DNA of 64,000 bases, from the IMG/VR virus record IMGVR_UViG_3300010392_001176, positions 1,815 to 65,814 of that record, one strand, 5' to 3'. The stretch is from a virus (taxonomy: Duplodnaviria > Caudoviricetes). Below, piece after piece: positions 39,172 through 51,100 of the stretch. Position numbers and translations under genes: made by a program. How positions within the stretch are numbered: the stretch's first letter is position 1; every line of letters begins with the position of its first letter. The notes below the pieces were generated by a model. It searched no databases, was not told where the DNA came from, and saw only the letters and a program-made list of their open reading frames with translations.

Positions 39172-41585
39172 TAAAGCGAACAACGGGACAATTCAGAAAT
39201 AAGTTTGGCAAGTTAGTTAAAGGGATCTCTGCATTTTTAATTGAGAATGACCAGCTCTCAGATGTTCAAAATATGCTGCCTGGGTATGAGTGGCGACAGC
39301 GTAAAGGCCAGAGTGAGCTAACCACAACTCCAATAGCAGCCAATCTTGAATTCAAGAGCATGTTTCAGTTTACGCAGCTCAATGTCGATGGCGATTATAT
39401 TCTTGCTCATACAGATGATTCTGTGAACGGTGATCGCATTAGACGGGCATCAGCTCTCCCGCCTGCTACTGGAGTTACTTGGGTGGATGAATACACCTTA
39501 ACAGATGGTGGTGTTCCAGCGCAGTTTGCTCAAGTAGGCGATGCTGTCTTGGTTGCGAATAATAAAGAGTTTCTTATCTGGCGTGGCGAATCTCATCTAC
39601 CTACAGGTGTTTGGAAATGGGATGATTCAGCCGATCAATACATTGATTATTGGGATGAAATGACTGATGGCCGTTCCACGACCATTTTAGTTATGAATAG
39701 TTTTCCCACGGCAGATCGCATTTACATAATGTCAGATCAGCCATTCAATAAAGTTACTGTGACTGTTGGAAATTCAAATTCTGCCGGAGCCGTTCTTTCA
39801 GTTTTCAGTTATCAATCAGGGGGCTACACGGCAGCAGGGGGGCTCTCTGATGGCACGAGTGTTACCGGACGTTCCCTTTCTGTATCAGGAGATATTACCT
39901 GGACTCTAACTGGCAATGAGCAGCAGACTATCATTGATGGACAGGGCGGTTTCGTTGCTTATCTCACCTGGAACAATGTACTTGATGCAAGCTGTGACAT
40001 ATCGGCTATCCAAATAGAAACTGAGTGGAATGAAGTTTTTGATGTGTGGGATGGGGAGATAACAAATCCTGCTGGAGCTTATGTAACTGCCGATGATGTA
40101 ACCTTTGAGGATTATTGGGCCAAGATTTTAAATACTGCAGTTTCAGATTACTTGGATGCTGGCGCTCTGCCGAATGCAGGAAAGGTCTATGTTGGTTTCA
40201 ATAGACAGGTAAATGCTGTTGACTTCTGGCCTGATGTTGACAATGCACAGACTAATAGTGTCACCGTTACAGCGGTACAGTATTGGAATAGAGATGGAAC
40301 CTGGACGGCGGTAAGTGGCTTAGTAGATACAACTGAAGCGGGCGGTAAATCATGGACACAAAAAGGCACTATTGGTTGGGATCAGGTCGATCAAGATGTA
40401 GAGAAAACCACGATAGTCGCTGGCGATATAAATCCTTGGTATTGGTATCGGTTTGATTGGAGTGGTGTTTTTTCTACAGAAGCCAGAATTTATCGGATCA
40501 CAGGCATTCCATCCCCACAAAGAATTGATTACAGCTACGGCGTAACTGCTCATAAGCGCAGAGCTTGGCAAATTGCTCCGCTTAGAAGAGCAAACATGCT
40601 GCGCTTTTCGGCTGATGGTTTGCCAAATACCTGGAATGGAGTTGATGCTGGCTATATCCAATTTGGTGAAAGACCCATGCGGGCTGCGATGCCTTTTTTT
40701 AATGAGCTAATAATATGGGCTGACCGCGAGATGTGGATGCTTCAAGGCGATAATCCTGCTCAGTTTGGCCGAATGAAATTAAGCTCCAGGGTAGGCATTG
40801 ATGCTGCCCATTCTGCAATCGCCATAGAAAGCGGAGTCATTGACACAAGGAATATAAGGCGCATTACTTTGGCTTGGTTTTTTCAAGGCATTTGGTTTTT
40901 TGACGGCATTAGATGGTGGGTAATCTCATCTCCAGATATAGATAGTTTCTTTGATCCAGAGCATCCAGACTACATCAATCCAGATTATAGAGATCGAACT
41001 TATGGAGATTATGATTTAGAAACTGAATGTGGTTATTGGGTTGTCTATAGCGGAGCGAATCAGACCACGCCTAACAAAGTCATAGTCCTTCACATTCCAA
41101 CACTCACCTATGGAATTTATAAATACGAGACAGAAATCTCAAGTCTGCTCTCAGCTTTTAACAAGCGATTCTATTTTCTTGGTGGGAGTTATGATTCCGG
41201 CAAACATTATTTATTGAATGATGGCGATCAAGACGTTGATGCTACGGGAACTGCCGTGGCTATCGACGCTTTTATGATAACGAAAGATATGTGGGCTCAG
41301 TACGATCACGGGCTCAAGCAGAGGATCTTCAGTCTCGTTGTGGAATCTCAGGATCAAGGCATGATTGAACTAGATGAATATCCAGATGGATCTAAAACGC
41401 CGCAAGCTGCAGGCAAGATGAAACAGACAGCTCTCGGCAAAACTCTAGCAGATGTGCAATGGACGCTCAAAGAATATCCAGGTCAACTTACAGCTAAATT
41501 TAGAATTCGCAATCGGAGTCTGAATGATCCTTTCATACCCTATGGATACAGTACCACTTGGGATGAGGACAGGAGTGAAGAGTAG
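39168..41585 (+). CDS. Tail nozzle (P22 gp10/T7 gp12-like)
   Basis: 805 aa beta-rich; HKRRAW...LRFS; follows adaptor. Confidence 0.65.
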   Translation: MIKRTTGQFRNKFGKLVKGISAFLIENDQLSDVQNMLPGYEWRQRKGQSELTTTPIAANLEFKSMFQFTQLNVDGDYILAHTDDSVNGDRIRRASALPPATGVTWVDEYTLTDGGVPAQFAQVGDAVLVANNKEFLIWRGESHLPTGVWKWDDSADQYIDYWDEMTDGRSTTILVMNSFPTADRIYIMSDQPFNKVTVTVGNSNSAGAVLSVFSYQSGGYTAAGGLSDGTSVTGRSLSVSGDITWTLTGNEQQTIIDGQGGFVAYLTWNNVLDASCDISAIQIETEWNEVFDVWDGEITNPAGAYVTADDVTFEDYWAKILNTAVSDYLDAGALPNAGKVYVGFNRQVNAVDFWPDVDNAQTNSVTVTAVQYWNRDGTWTAVSGLVDTTEAGGKSWTQKGTIGWDQVDQDVEKTTIVAGDINPWYWYRFDWSGVFSTEARIYRITGIPSPQRIDYSYGVTAHKRRAWQIAPLRRANMLRFSADGLPNTWNGVDAGYIQFGERPMRAAMPFFNELIIWADREMWMLQGDNPAQFGRMKLSSRVGIDAAHSAIAIESGVIDTRNIRRITLAWFFQGIWFFDGIRWWVISSPDIDSFFDPEHPDYINPDYRDRTYGDYDLETECGYWVVYSGANQTTPNKVIVLHIPTLTYGIYKYETEISSLLSAFNKRFYFLGGSYDSGKHYLLNDGDQDVDATGTAVAIDAFMITKDMWAQYDHGLKQRIFSLVVESQDQGMIELDEYPDGSKTPQAAGKMKQTALGKTLADVQWTLKEYPGQLTAKFRIRNRSLNDPFIPYGYSTTWDEDRSEE

Positions 41586-42727
41586 TGAGTAGGCGGCGGC
41601 CCTATATATATGAAGATAGGGAATGGCTGGAGATCCATCAGATACAAGAGAAGCAGGACGTTCAGCCTGATGAAATGCCACAAAGCGAACTCGATCAGCC
41701 TTATCAGTTTGGTAACGATGATGATGATAATTACCAGCCCTATGAATTTGATAATCCTGGCTGTTGTGGTCCGTGGGCTCCACCTGGATGGCCACCACCT
41801 GATCCTGTTCCTATTCCTGGGCCATGTGACCAGGGAACGGGCTGCGATTTTGTAACGCTAACAAATGTTCCTGAAGAAGTAGAATGCGATACCACATATC
41901 AATTCACAACAATCCATGTGGTTTCTGGTTGCCAAGCAGCGAGTTTTGAAGATGCCTTTCTTTCTTGGTCAATATCTGCAGGAACAATAATTAATACAAC
42001 TCCACCTGGAATGAAATGGAAAGCTGAAGGACTCAGCGATGGACAGGAAGTAACCGTATGTGTTTCCTCTGCTGCAGGAGATTGTAGCGATTGCAGAACT
42101 TTTAAAATTAAGTGTCCGGTTTGCTGCTCAGATGAAATGGTGATTACCGGAGCTGACACGGCAAATCCTGGCACGGTTTGGGGCGGCAGCATAGATCCAC
42201 CTTGCCCTGGTGCAACCTGTACCGTTAGCAATAATTCCGGCTGCCCAATGACTTGCGCGGTCAATCCAGATGGCTCAAGCGTAACTGTTGCTGTCGGTGC
42301 GAAGAATTGCGGATCTTTTACAGTAACAGTCACGGAAGATACATCAACCCCTCAGAAACAAGAAGATATGTGTCCTGGTGAATCCGCAACAAAGACTGTG
42401 CGGATCAATGGCAATGGTGGTAGCTGGCGACTTTGCGGTAGCTGTAGTTTCTTTCTCTGCAATGGCCCGTTTTGCAGTTGTACTTATGAGGACGGTGAAA
42501 GAAGGTGGCGAATTTGGATTGGGGCAGGGATCTTCTGCGGTCCATGTTGTACTTCCGCTTGTTACGATAATTGGAATCCAGGCGGGGGCGGACACCCTGG
42601 AAATATAGTGTGGGGGCCAGTCCAATTCTGTGCATCTACTTGTGATACCAATGGCCCCTGCGCTGGCGGCTCAATGTTTGGCACATCGCTCTGGTATTGG
42701 GCCAATCCAGACTGTGAATGTATATGA
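41585..42727 (+). CDS. Cys-rich tail spike/fibre-like protein
   Basis: 32 Cys in 380 aa; Ig-like VTV strands; tail module position. Confidence 0.55.
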   Translation: MSRRRPYIYEDREWLEIHQIQEKQDVQPDEMPQSELDQPYQFGNDDDDNYQPYEFDNPGCCGPWAPPGWPPPDPVPIPGPCDQGTGCDFVTLTNVPEEVECDTTYQFTTIHVVSGCQAASFEDAFLSWSISAGTIINTTPPGMKWKAEGLSDGQEVTVCVSSAAGDCSDCRTFKIKCPVCCSDEMVITGADTANPGTVWGGSIDPPCPGATCTVSNNSGCPMTCAVNPDGSSVTVAVGAKNCGSFTVTVTEDTSTPQKQEDMCPGESATKTVRINGNGGSWRLCGSCSFFLCNGPFCSCTYEDGERRWRIWIGAGIFCGPCCTSACYDNWNPGGGGHPGNIVWGPVQFCASTCDTNGPCAGGSMFGTSLWYWANPDCECI

Positions 42728-43221
42728 AAAAGCAAAAGATGAATGAGTATTGCGAATCATTTAATCCGCAACATCTCTTCACAGTCATACAGTTTATGGA
42801 GTGGTTTGAATGTTGCCAGGATTTGATAGATCCCATACAGGCATTCTTAGATTCAAAAGCCAGGGAACTCGGACAAATAAAAAGAAGAGCGCGGCTGCAG
42901 TTTGAAAGAGCTGGTTTGCCGCTGATTAGTGAAGAAGAGGACGCTGTTTATAGGGAAGCTCCCTGCATTGATGAAACCGACCCAGATGATCCATTGGATG
43001 ATCTCTATCGCAGCGAACCTCAAATAGCTGACCCACCTAGACTTGAAGCAGTTGTCGGCTTCTGCCCGAAATGCACTAGCACAATGGTCGGAACGGTGCT
43101 GCCGCATTGCGAATCAGAGGAAAGTGGCAGACATTTCTATAGTGAGTGTACTGCTTGCACATATTACACAGAAATTTTTAAAGGTAGAAAAGGTAGATAC
43201 ATAGAAGTGAAGGGGGGATAA
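42718..43221 (+). CDS. Zinc-ribbon-containing hypothetical protein
   Basis: CPKC...CTAC. Confidence 0.55.
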   Translation: MYMKKQKMNEYCESFNPQHLFTVIQFMEWFECCQDLIDPIQAFLDSKARELGQIKRRARLQFERAGLPLISEEEDAVYREAPCIDETDPDDPLDDLYRSEPQIADPPRLEAVVGFCPKCTSTMVGTVLPHCESEESGRHFYSECTACTYYTEIFKGRKGRYIEVKGG

Positions 43222-43225
43222 GAAA

Positions 43226-43900
43226 ATGGCAAATGGGAATCAGCAAGATTTTTCAGCACAAGGTATTCAGGATAGGATTCTGGCCGGAGCAAGCCCACTC
43301 TTTCGCCAAGGTGCTCAAGCTCTTCGACAGGCTGGAGCAGGAGCACGCAGACGAAGAGGTATTGCCGGAGCTGGTGAACTTGGCAGGCAAGTAACTGAAG
43401 GTCTTGGGCAATCGTTAGGGCAAACTGCACTACGAGCTGGTCAGACAGGCGAACAAATGGCTGCTGGATTTGAACAACAGCGAAGGTCTTTAGAGCAGCA
43501 GCTAACAATGCAGCGCGAAAATTTGGCGCAGCAAAAGGAGCTTGAGCAAGGCCGCCTAGCAGAAATGGTTGCAGCGAGACAGCAGCAAGCTCAAATGCAA
43601 CTCTTTCCACACATAGGCTTGACACCTGGATTCCTAGAAGAAGTGGGCCTAGAACTTCCTGGTCGTGGTGAACAGCGTCAATTTCAAAGACAGCTCGGAC
43701 AATTGGGCTTACCAGGATTTCCTTTTGGTGGTCAAGGTGGTGGTCAAGGTGGTCAATTCGGATTAAGCGGTCTTGGCGGATCGTCTAATCTACAATTGCA
43801 GCGCATGTTTCCTGGCATGTCGCGTGGCGGCAGATTGCAGATGGCAATGAACATGGGCTTGCTCCCAGGAGCAATCCAGCCAGGACAATTTCAGCGATAA
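43226..43900 (+). CDS. Putative DNA ejection (internal virion) protein
   Basis: Gln/Gly/Ala-rich; podoviral position. Confidence 0.55.
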   Translation: MANGNQQDFSAQGIQDRILAGASPLFRQGAQALRQAGAGARRRRGIAGAGELGRQVTEGLGQSLGQTALRAGQTGEQMAAGFEQQRRSLEQQLTMQRENLAQQKELEQGRLAEMVAARQQQAQMQLFPHIGLTPGFLEEVGLELPGRGEQRQFQRQLGQLGLPGFPFGGQGGGQGGQFGLSGLGGSSNLQLQRMFPGMSRGGRLQMAMNMGLLPGAIQPGQFQR

Positions 43901-43915
43901 AGGGGGGTGAGATAA

Positions 43916-45178
43916 ATGGCTGTTCTTAGAACTGGAAGATCAAAAATACAAAGTCCTTTCGCTGCTGGACAACGTGCTATCGAAAGACGAATGAGGGCAG
44001 AGGATCAAGCAGCGATAGAACAGGGTAGGCAAGAAAGAGCAGCGTTTGATGAAAGGATGCGCCAACGTGGTGTCGAAAGACGAAGGCAGGATGAGATCCG
44101 CCGCAAATCTGGACTCGCAGAACAAGATGCCCAAATGCGTAGGGATCTTATTCAGACTTTGGCACGCGGCAAAGGTCAAGGCATGTTTGCCGCAAAACTT
44201 CCCAGGATCAATAAGTTTATCCTTCATGCACCAGAAATGGAAAAAGATCCAACAACAGGAAAACTTGTCAAAGCAAGTGAAATTACTGGCGAAGCACGCA
44301 TAGATCCTGGCCATATTGAACGTCTAAGAACAATGGCAGCAGGGGCAAGAGATGAACAGGCGGTCAATGCTCTTGCCTTGCAAGGTCAAGGTAGGCTGCC
44401 GAAGAAAAGTGAAAAGGCTTTAGCGGATCTTGCCAGCGATGATTTTCCTGCCTTCAGTCGAATGGCTGAACAGGCTACAGCAGCAATACCAGATGAGCCT
44501 ATGCCTGAAGCTGTCACAGGGCAACTGCCTACCGTTCCAAGTGCGCCGCAACCGCAACAGGCAGGCCCGCTTGCTCCTGGTGATATTGATATGACTCAGT
44601 TGCTTTCACAGGGAATCATAGGCCCGCCGCAAGGGACAACTCCAGAAACTTTCCAGCCAGGATTTGAACAAGGATTTCAGGGAATAGATCAGCCAGCAGC
44701 GCCGATTGAAAATATCCATGAGCTCATTCAATCAGGTCTAGTCCCAGGCACAAAAGCACAGACGCAGCAAAGAAATCCGACACAAGAAAAAATAGATTCC
44801 TTTGTCGCTACTATGGCGGCGATGGGCCATGAAGTGACACCTGAAATGATACAAAGGATGGTCGGAGCTGCAGAAAAAGGACCAGACTTAATGAAGCAGA
44901 CGATGATTGATATGACTCGACAGAGATTTGGTCTTGACCCGATTGGAACTGGCACAGCCCAAGCTGCACAACCTAAGAAGGAACCAGCCAAGAAAAAAGG
45001 TGCAGCTCGACCTGAAATTACCACGGAATTTATAACTGAAGCCAAACGCCAATTTCTTGCAGCGAATCCAGAGAGAAGCATAGAAAGGACCGTCATAAGG
45101 GGCGATATTGTAGTCCTGATTGACGATCAAGGTTTTGAAAATCATGCAACGCCACAACCAGGGAAGCAGCGGAGCTAA
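43916..45178 (+). CDS. Putative DNA ejection (internal virion) protein
   Basis: Helical, Gln/Pro-rich; precedes the large ejection protein. Confidence 0.55.
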   Translation: MAVLRTGRSKIQSPFAAGQRAIERRMRAEDQAAIEQGRQERAAFDERMRQRGVERRRQDEIRRKSGLAEQDAQMRRDLIQTLARGKGQGMFAAKLPRINKFILHAPEMEKDPTTGKLVKASEITGEARIDPGHIERLRTMAAGARDEQAVNALALQGQGRLPKKSEKALADLASDDFPAFSRMAEQATAAIPDEPMPEAVTGQLPTVPSAPQPQQAGPLAPGDIDMTQLLSQGIIGPPQGTTPETFQPGFEQGFQGIDQPAAPIENIHELIQSGLVPGTKAQTQQRNPTQEKIDSFVATMAAMGHEVTPEMIQRMVGAAEKGPDLMKQTMIDMTRQRFGLDPIGTGTAQAAQPKKEPAKKKGAARPEITTEFITEAKRQFLAANPERSIERTVIRGDIVVLIDDQGFENHATPQPGKQRS

Positions 45179-45180
45179 AA

Positions 45181-48100
45181 ATGCCCGTTCAATTTACATT
45201 TAAAAGAGTACCAAAACCAGAAGAAGAAGAGAAGCAGCCGAAGATTGGATTCGAGAGAGTATTTCCAGAGCCGGAGCCAGAGCCGGAACCAACGCCGGAA
45301 CCTACACTAGCGCCAGCTCCAATACCAACACCGGAACCAGAGCCACGACCTAGTGTTGCAGACTTCTTAGATACTGGCAGCCTTGCTGACCTACCCCCCG
45401 AAGCAGACTTGCCTTCTCTTGGAGCTGCAGGCCGTGGACTTGTTGAAGCGACAGCTCCAATAGGTCGTGCTCTTGCTGACATCGGCCCCAGGTTTGAAGA
45501 ACCCCCCCCCTTGGAGCCTACATTTGAAGATGTAGAAGCTATCCCTGATCCGGCTTTCGCTGGAAAAGTTGCACTTGGAATTGCCTTCGCCCCCTTCGCT
45601 CCCATTGCTGCTGTGCTGAGATCCCCTGGCGCATTTACTGAAGCAGATGTAAGTGCAGAAGGTCCGGCTGCAATAGAGCGACGAGAAGCATCTATTCTCG
45701 ATCTCGCTGGCAGAACTGCACGGCCTGTCCTTAGAGGTTTTGCCGCTGGTCCTATTCCAGAAGCACCATTTGTAGAGGATCTTGGTTTAAGTGAAGATAT
45801 GGCTGAACAAGTTGGCCGTGTAGCTACAGAGTTAGCAGCTCTTCATTATGGTATGGGCGGCGCAAGGCTTCTTACTAGGGGCGTTAGATTTTCTATCCAA
45901 CAAAGACTGAGAGATTTTCTTATAGAGCGTGGCTTTATTGCTGAAGAAGCTGCTGCTGAAACCATAGCTGATCTCTTCGCTGAAGATGCCGTTGGAAATG
46001 CTATGAATAGCTCAATGGCTGATGAAACTCTTGGAACACCGGAACGAGTAGCAAATGCTAGGGCATTTCACAGGAGATATAAATATCCTGGTCCTAATGA
46101 TCCTAGAACAGCAGCAGAAATCAAAGCGTTTGCTGCAGAAGAAGGACTTCCTTTAGAGCAAGGTGCTCCAGCTTTCACACGAGCAGCGGCAGAAGCCGAA
46201 GAAGTAGTAGGCGGAGCAGCCGCCGAAGCAACCGCCGAAGCAGCCATAGAAGCAGGCGAAGCGCCAGTATTTAATTTCGCTCGTGGAGCAGAGCCAGGAG
46301 TGCCGCCCGTTGCAGAAGCTCCGCCTGTTGCAGAAGCTCCGGCGGAAGTCGTCGGCCCAACTGAACCTCTGCTTGCCAAAGGTGGTACGCCTTTTAAGAC
46401 AGAGCGTGGAGCTGCTGCCAATTTACAGAAAGCAGCAAAGCGGCTTGGGATAGATGTTGAGCAGCTTAAAGTCGCTGAGATCCCTGGTGGATTTGGGATC
46501 GTAGGTAAGGGAGTGGAAGTATCCCCCGCTGTCGCTGCTGAAGCGGTCAAAAAGCCCGTTAAAGCCGTTGCCCCTAAAGCACGCCCCACGAAGCCTGTTA
46601 AAGCAAAGGCTCCTGCTGCAGCCGAACCTACCCCCCCTGGTGTGGCAGGAGTAGCTGAAGAGAGAATAGTAACAGAGCCGCCAGAGGTTACGGGCGAAAA
46701 GCCTACTCAAACAATCGACACCGAACCAGCACGGGTCTTTGTTACTACAGCCAAAAATAAAAAGGTAGCTCGAAATGAAACACTCCGATGGATTGATGGC
46801 ACGATTGAAAATATGCAAAGGGGTTTAATCAAAGAAGGCGGCTCCATTGAAATGTCAATTAGTGGTGTTGAGTTTATGGTTCCGAATACCCAGGCTGCCT
46901 TGAAAACTCTGAGAAAAGAGATCGGCAAATTTGCCATTAGAAAACCACGAAAAGTACAGGCTGCCCCTCAAGTGCGCGAGTTAGCCAGGGCTGCGCCGAC
47001 AAAATTAGATTATGTACCTGTAAGCAAGCCGCCCCCAGGTAAAGAACCACTCTGGACCAATGGATCAATAATCGACAAAGGTGATAGACCGCCAATAGGT
47101 AGCAAAATCGCTGGAGCTGCTGAAGTACCATTTGCACGGCTCGAACAAGATTTTGAAAAAGCCAGGGTGCATGTTGGTAAGAAGCAGCGCAAAGGAGTAA
47201 GTGTACGATTTGCTAAAAATCCAGAAACCGGAAAGCCTGACATCACAGCATCTATTGTGAATCAGGCTGGCGCAGAGATTACAGTCAGATCAGATGATAT
47301 TGGTTTCTTTATGACTAAATATCCTGACGCAGAATTCTACTTCAAACCTCAGACTATCAAGCGCACAGACACCGTGCCAGTAATGGAGAAGGGTGAAGTA
47401 GTCGGCCATGAAAAGAAGGTACGACAAGAAACCATAGGAGATATTGCTGTAGTAAGTGAAGGCAGATATGTTGGCACATTCAAAAGTGTGGGGGCATTCC
47501 GAAATCTTGGGGCCAAATACAATGATGCCGGAGAGCTCCAAGATTATGCTTATGGCGAAGCCGACTTCCTTGAGACAAAAGGCCCATACGAAAGAGCGTA
47601 TGGTTATGCTTCTGCCGGAACTGATACATCAGGTGCGGAACAATTCCCAGGCCATTTATCTAACGCGATAGATTTACCTGAGATGGTTGATTTTGCGAAG
47701 CTACTCATGGATGGGGAAGTGCCAAGGGTAGTTAAGCATATAGACAGACACGGCAGAACGCTTGGTCGATTCATCCCTGGTGGTACAGGCCGGATACTTC
47801 TTCGTGCCGATATATTCAGAGATCCTGAACTAGCAAGAATGGTCACTTCCCATGAGATAGGCCATGTAGTTGATTACTATCCAGAAGGAAGAATGAAGCG
47901 TGGCAATATCCTTGGCAAAATCAAAAAATTTAAAGGGATCTACAGGAAGCATCTCTTACCTAGATGGCCTGGAGCAAAAGAAACGCTTACCACGGCTGAC
48001 AGGAGAAGGCTACGCAGCCAAGCTGAAAAGATCATTCGAGAAGAATACAAAGATAAATGGATTGATGAAGTAATCACGAAAGAAATGCCAATTGAGCCAC

Positions 48101-51100
48101 AAGATGTTTTGAATATCTGGAACGCCGTGGATCAAGCAGGATTAACAAATCCTGATATGCAGAGATTCATTGCAGAGCTCTCCGGTGTAGAGAAAAAAGC
48201 AATAGTCAAGGAAGCTCTCAAGGGAGCTGTGGATACACAACTCAAGCAGTTTGCCAAAAAGATAAAGACTAAAACTGGCAAGCAAATCAAGGCAGAGATC
48301 CCTGATGATGCTGTCGCCAAAAAGTACGCAGAACTTATTGATGTAGAGATTCAAAAACTCAGGCTGTTCAAACTTGATGAAGTCATGGATGAGCTGAAAA
48401 CTCTCACTCGTACTTGGCGGCCCTTTGATCCAATGGCAGATCCAGAATACACAGCTATCCGCTACAACAATAGTGAGCTCTATGCTGATGCCATTAGTGT
48501 TCTTTTCAATAAACCAGGATTGCTTAAAAGGATAGCTCCTAATTTCTATGAAGGCTTCTTTAATTATTTAGATGAGAATCCAAAAGTGGCTGAACTCTGG
48601 CATGAAATACAGGACCGGATCAATGCAGGCACGACGAATACACGATTAGTTGAGAATACTAAGGGGGGCTACAGAGGGGGCGATGATGCCTATGCTCTGG
48701 CTCTCAAAAAGCCCGCACAACGCTTCGATCATTTCATGCGTGAGATCGTTGACCAGCATTGGGCTATTATAAAAAAAGTCAAAAGGTTTCAGAAACAAGG
48801 GTTTGATTTACCAGCAGAAGAGAATCCCCGTTTCGCTATTGAAAAAATGTTGATGTCTGGTTCCTCTACTGAATGGATTGCAACCAGAGTGGATTACACA
48901 ATGAGACAACCACTCGAAGAGGTAGGTTTGGATTGGGATGATTTTGGTTTGTATCGACAGTTGATAAGAATTCAAGATAGCGTGGAAGCGGCAAGACAAG
49001 CTCAACCTCAAGGCTGGACACCAGAAAGAGCTGCAGAGCAATTAAAAGAATACGAAACTAAAACTTGGGCTGGTGAAAAATGGGAAACCATGCTTCGAGT
49101 TTCGGATAATTTTACCAATCTCAACCGTGAGATCATAGAGAAGGTTGCAGAAACAAAATACTTTCCTCAAGAAGTAATTGATCTGATGTTAGAAAAGGTG
49201 GGGGTCTATGCTACCTGGGACGTTGTGAGATACGTTGAAGAAAGATTCGGTGCAATTCCTAGTGCCAAAATCTTTCCCAAAGTTGGCACACTTGAAGATA
49301 TTACCAATCCTGCTACCGCTACCATTCTCAAAAATGTTGCCATTCTTAAAGCAGCTAACCGCGCTAGAATGGGACGCATTACTGCGAATTTTCTTCACAA
49401 ATATCAAGAAGCATTTGGAACGGAAGTTGAAGGCATCACGATCCGGCCAGCCGAAAAGAAATGGAACGGAAAATTTATGGAGATCAAAAATCCGAAGGCT
49501 GGATCTGGTTTAGGTTTGCTGGTCTATCTTGAAGAAGGGAAGGCTGTAGGATGGTATGTTGATAAGTTTGTGGCTGAAGCCTTTGATAGAAATCCGATTG
49601 AAGGCTGGTGGACCGCCAGAACATTGAATGCTTTTGCCAATCCCTTTAGACAAATCTTCACAGAACTCAATCCTGGTTTTATGGTCTTTAATACTTTCTT
49701 CCGTGATCCTATGCGTGCTGCCCAAATGTTACCACAAGCGAATCTTAGCAAGTTTCTAAGAATATGGCCCAAGGCGGTTAAACCAGCATGGCGATCAGTC
49801 TTTGGAATTCCTGATGATGTCGCTGAGTTTATGCTGAAAAATGAAATGCTCATCAGCATTGAAAGCGCCAGGGGATTGTCTCCAACAGATAAAGAACTTG
49901 AAAGATGGCTGAAAAGAATGAGCATACTACCACGCGATTGGAATAACAAGGTTATACAACCCTTTGCTACAGCAATAAACTTCATCGGCAACATAGGCCG
50001 TGTAGGTGAGCGTGCTGGTAAAATTGCATCAGCACTTTATCTGCAAAAACATTTTCCTGATATGCCAATAGATCAGTTGCGGCATGAAGTCATGGTCAAA
50101 GGTGGATCTCCGGCATTCATGCGTGTTGGCAGAATGCACCCTATTTTGAATAGCTTTGAGCTGTTCTTCAATGCCTATAAAGAAGGTAATCGTGGTGATT
50201 TTGAAGCTATGACTGCAACGCCGTTGGAATTCTGGTGGAAGAAAGGCAAGTACATACTGCTTCCAAAATTCTTAATGTTTGCCGCTGCTGCTGGCTGGAT
50301 AGGTGAAGGCTACAGGAGAATTATGCAGGGCGTAAGCACGTTTGACATGGCAAACTACATCGTTGTTCCTATTGGGCTCACTCCATCAGGTAAGAGTATT
50401 TACCTTCGCATTCCAACAGATGAAAGCAACCGTTTGATCGGCGGCATCTTCACTAAGATGCTCGAAGTAGAAAAACCCAAGATGCGTAGGGAACTCCTAG
50501 CTTACATGGCAGGACAAGCACCGACTGTCAATCCTGCTATTGGTGCTATCCTTTCATCAGTCCAATACGCTTCAGGTTTCAATCCTTATGATGGTTTTCG
50601 TGGCCGCTATGCCATTCCTGAAAGCATGTTCATAGCTCGTGATGAACGCACTCACGAAGCATTTGTGAAATGGCTGGCCAATAAGTATGGCGCTAATGTA
50701 GTTTACCGATTCAAGCATGACGACTTGGATCAGATCCGAACAGAGCTTGAACAATTTCTGGATATTCCTGTGCTCTCCAATATCTTTGGCCGCTTCCTCA
50801 AGGTGACTGATGTTGGTGTAAAACAACAACTCAAGTACAGGCGCGAGCTGGTCAAGCGAGAGAATGCCCGACAGGTTTTGGATGCCAAAGAAGCTCTGAC
50901 CAAATACATAAATGATGATCCCCTAACACCAGCAGACTTTCTTGCATTGGCTGAGAAGCCTGATATTTGGGATCGTAATTTTATGAAATACATGGCTCGA
51001 AAACATGGTGATGCTGTAGCTGAAGAATTGTTTAGTGTCTATCATACTGGCAGCGAAGAAGAGAAGATGGCAGTATGGCGGGCCATTAATGAAATGAATG

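Noticed and set aside
42400-42727. Diversity-generating retroelement variable region in the Cys-rich tail protein
   Set aside because: No reverse transcriptase or template repeat seen in the window.
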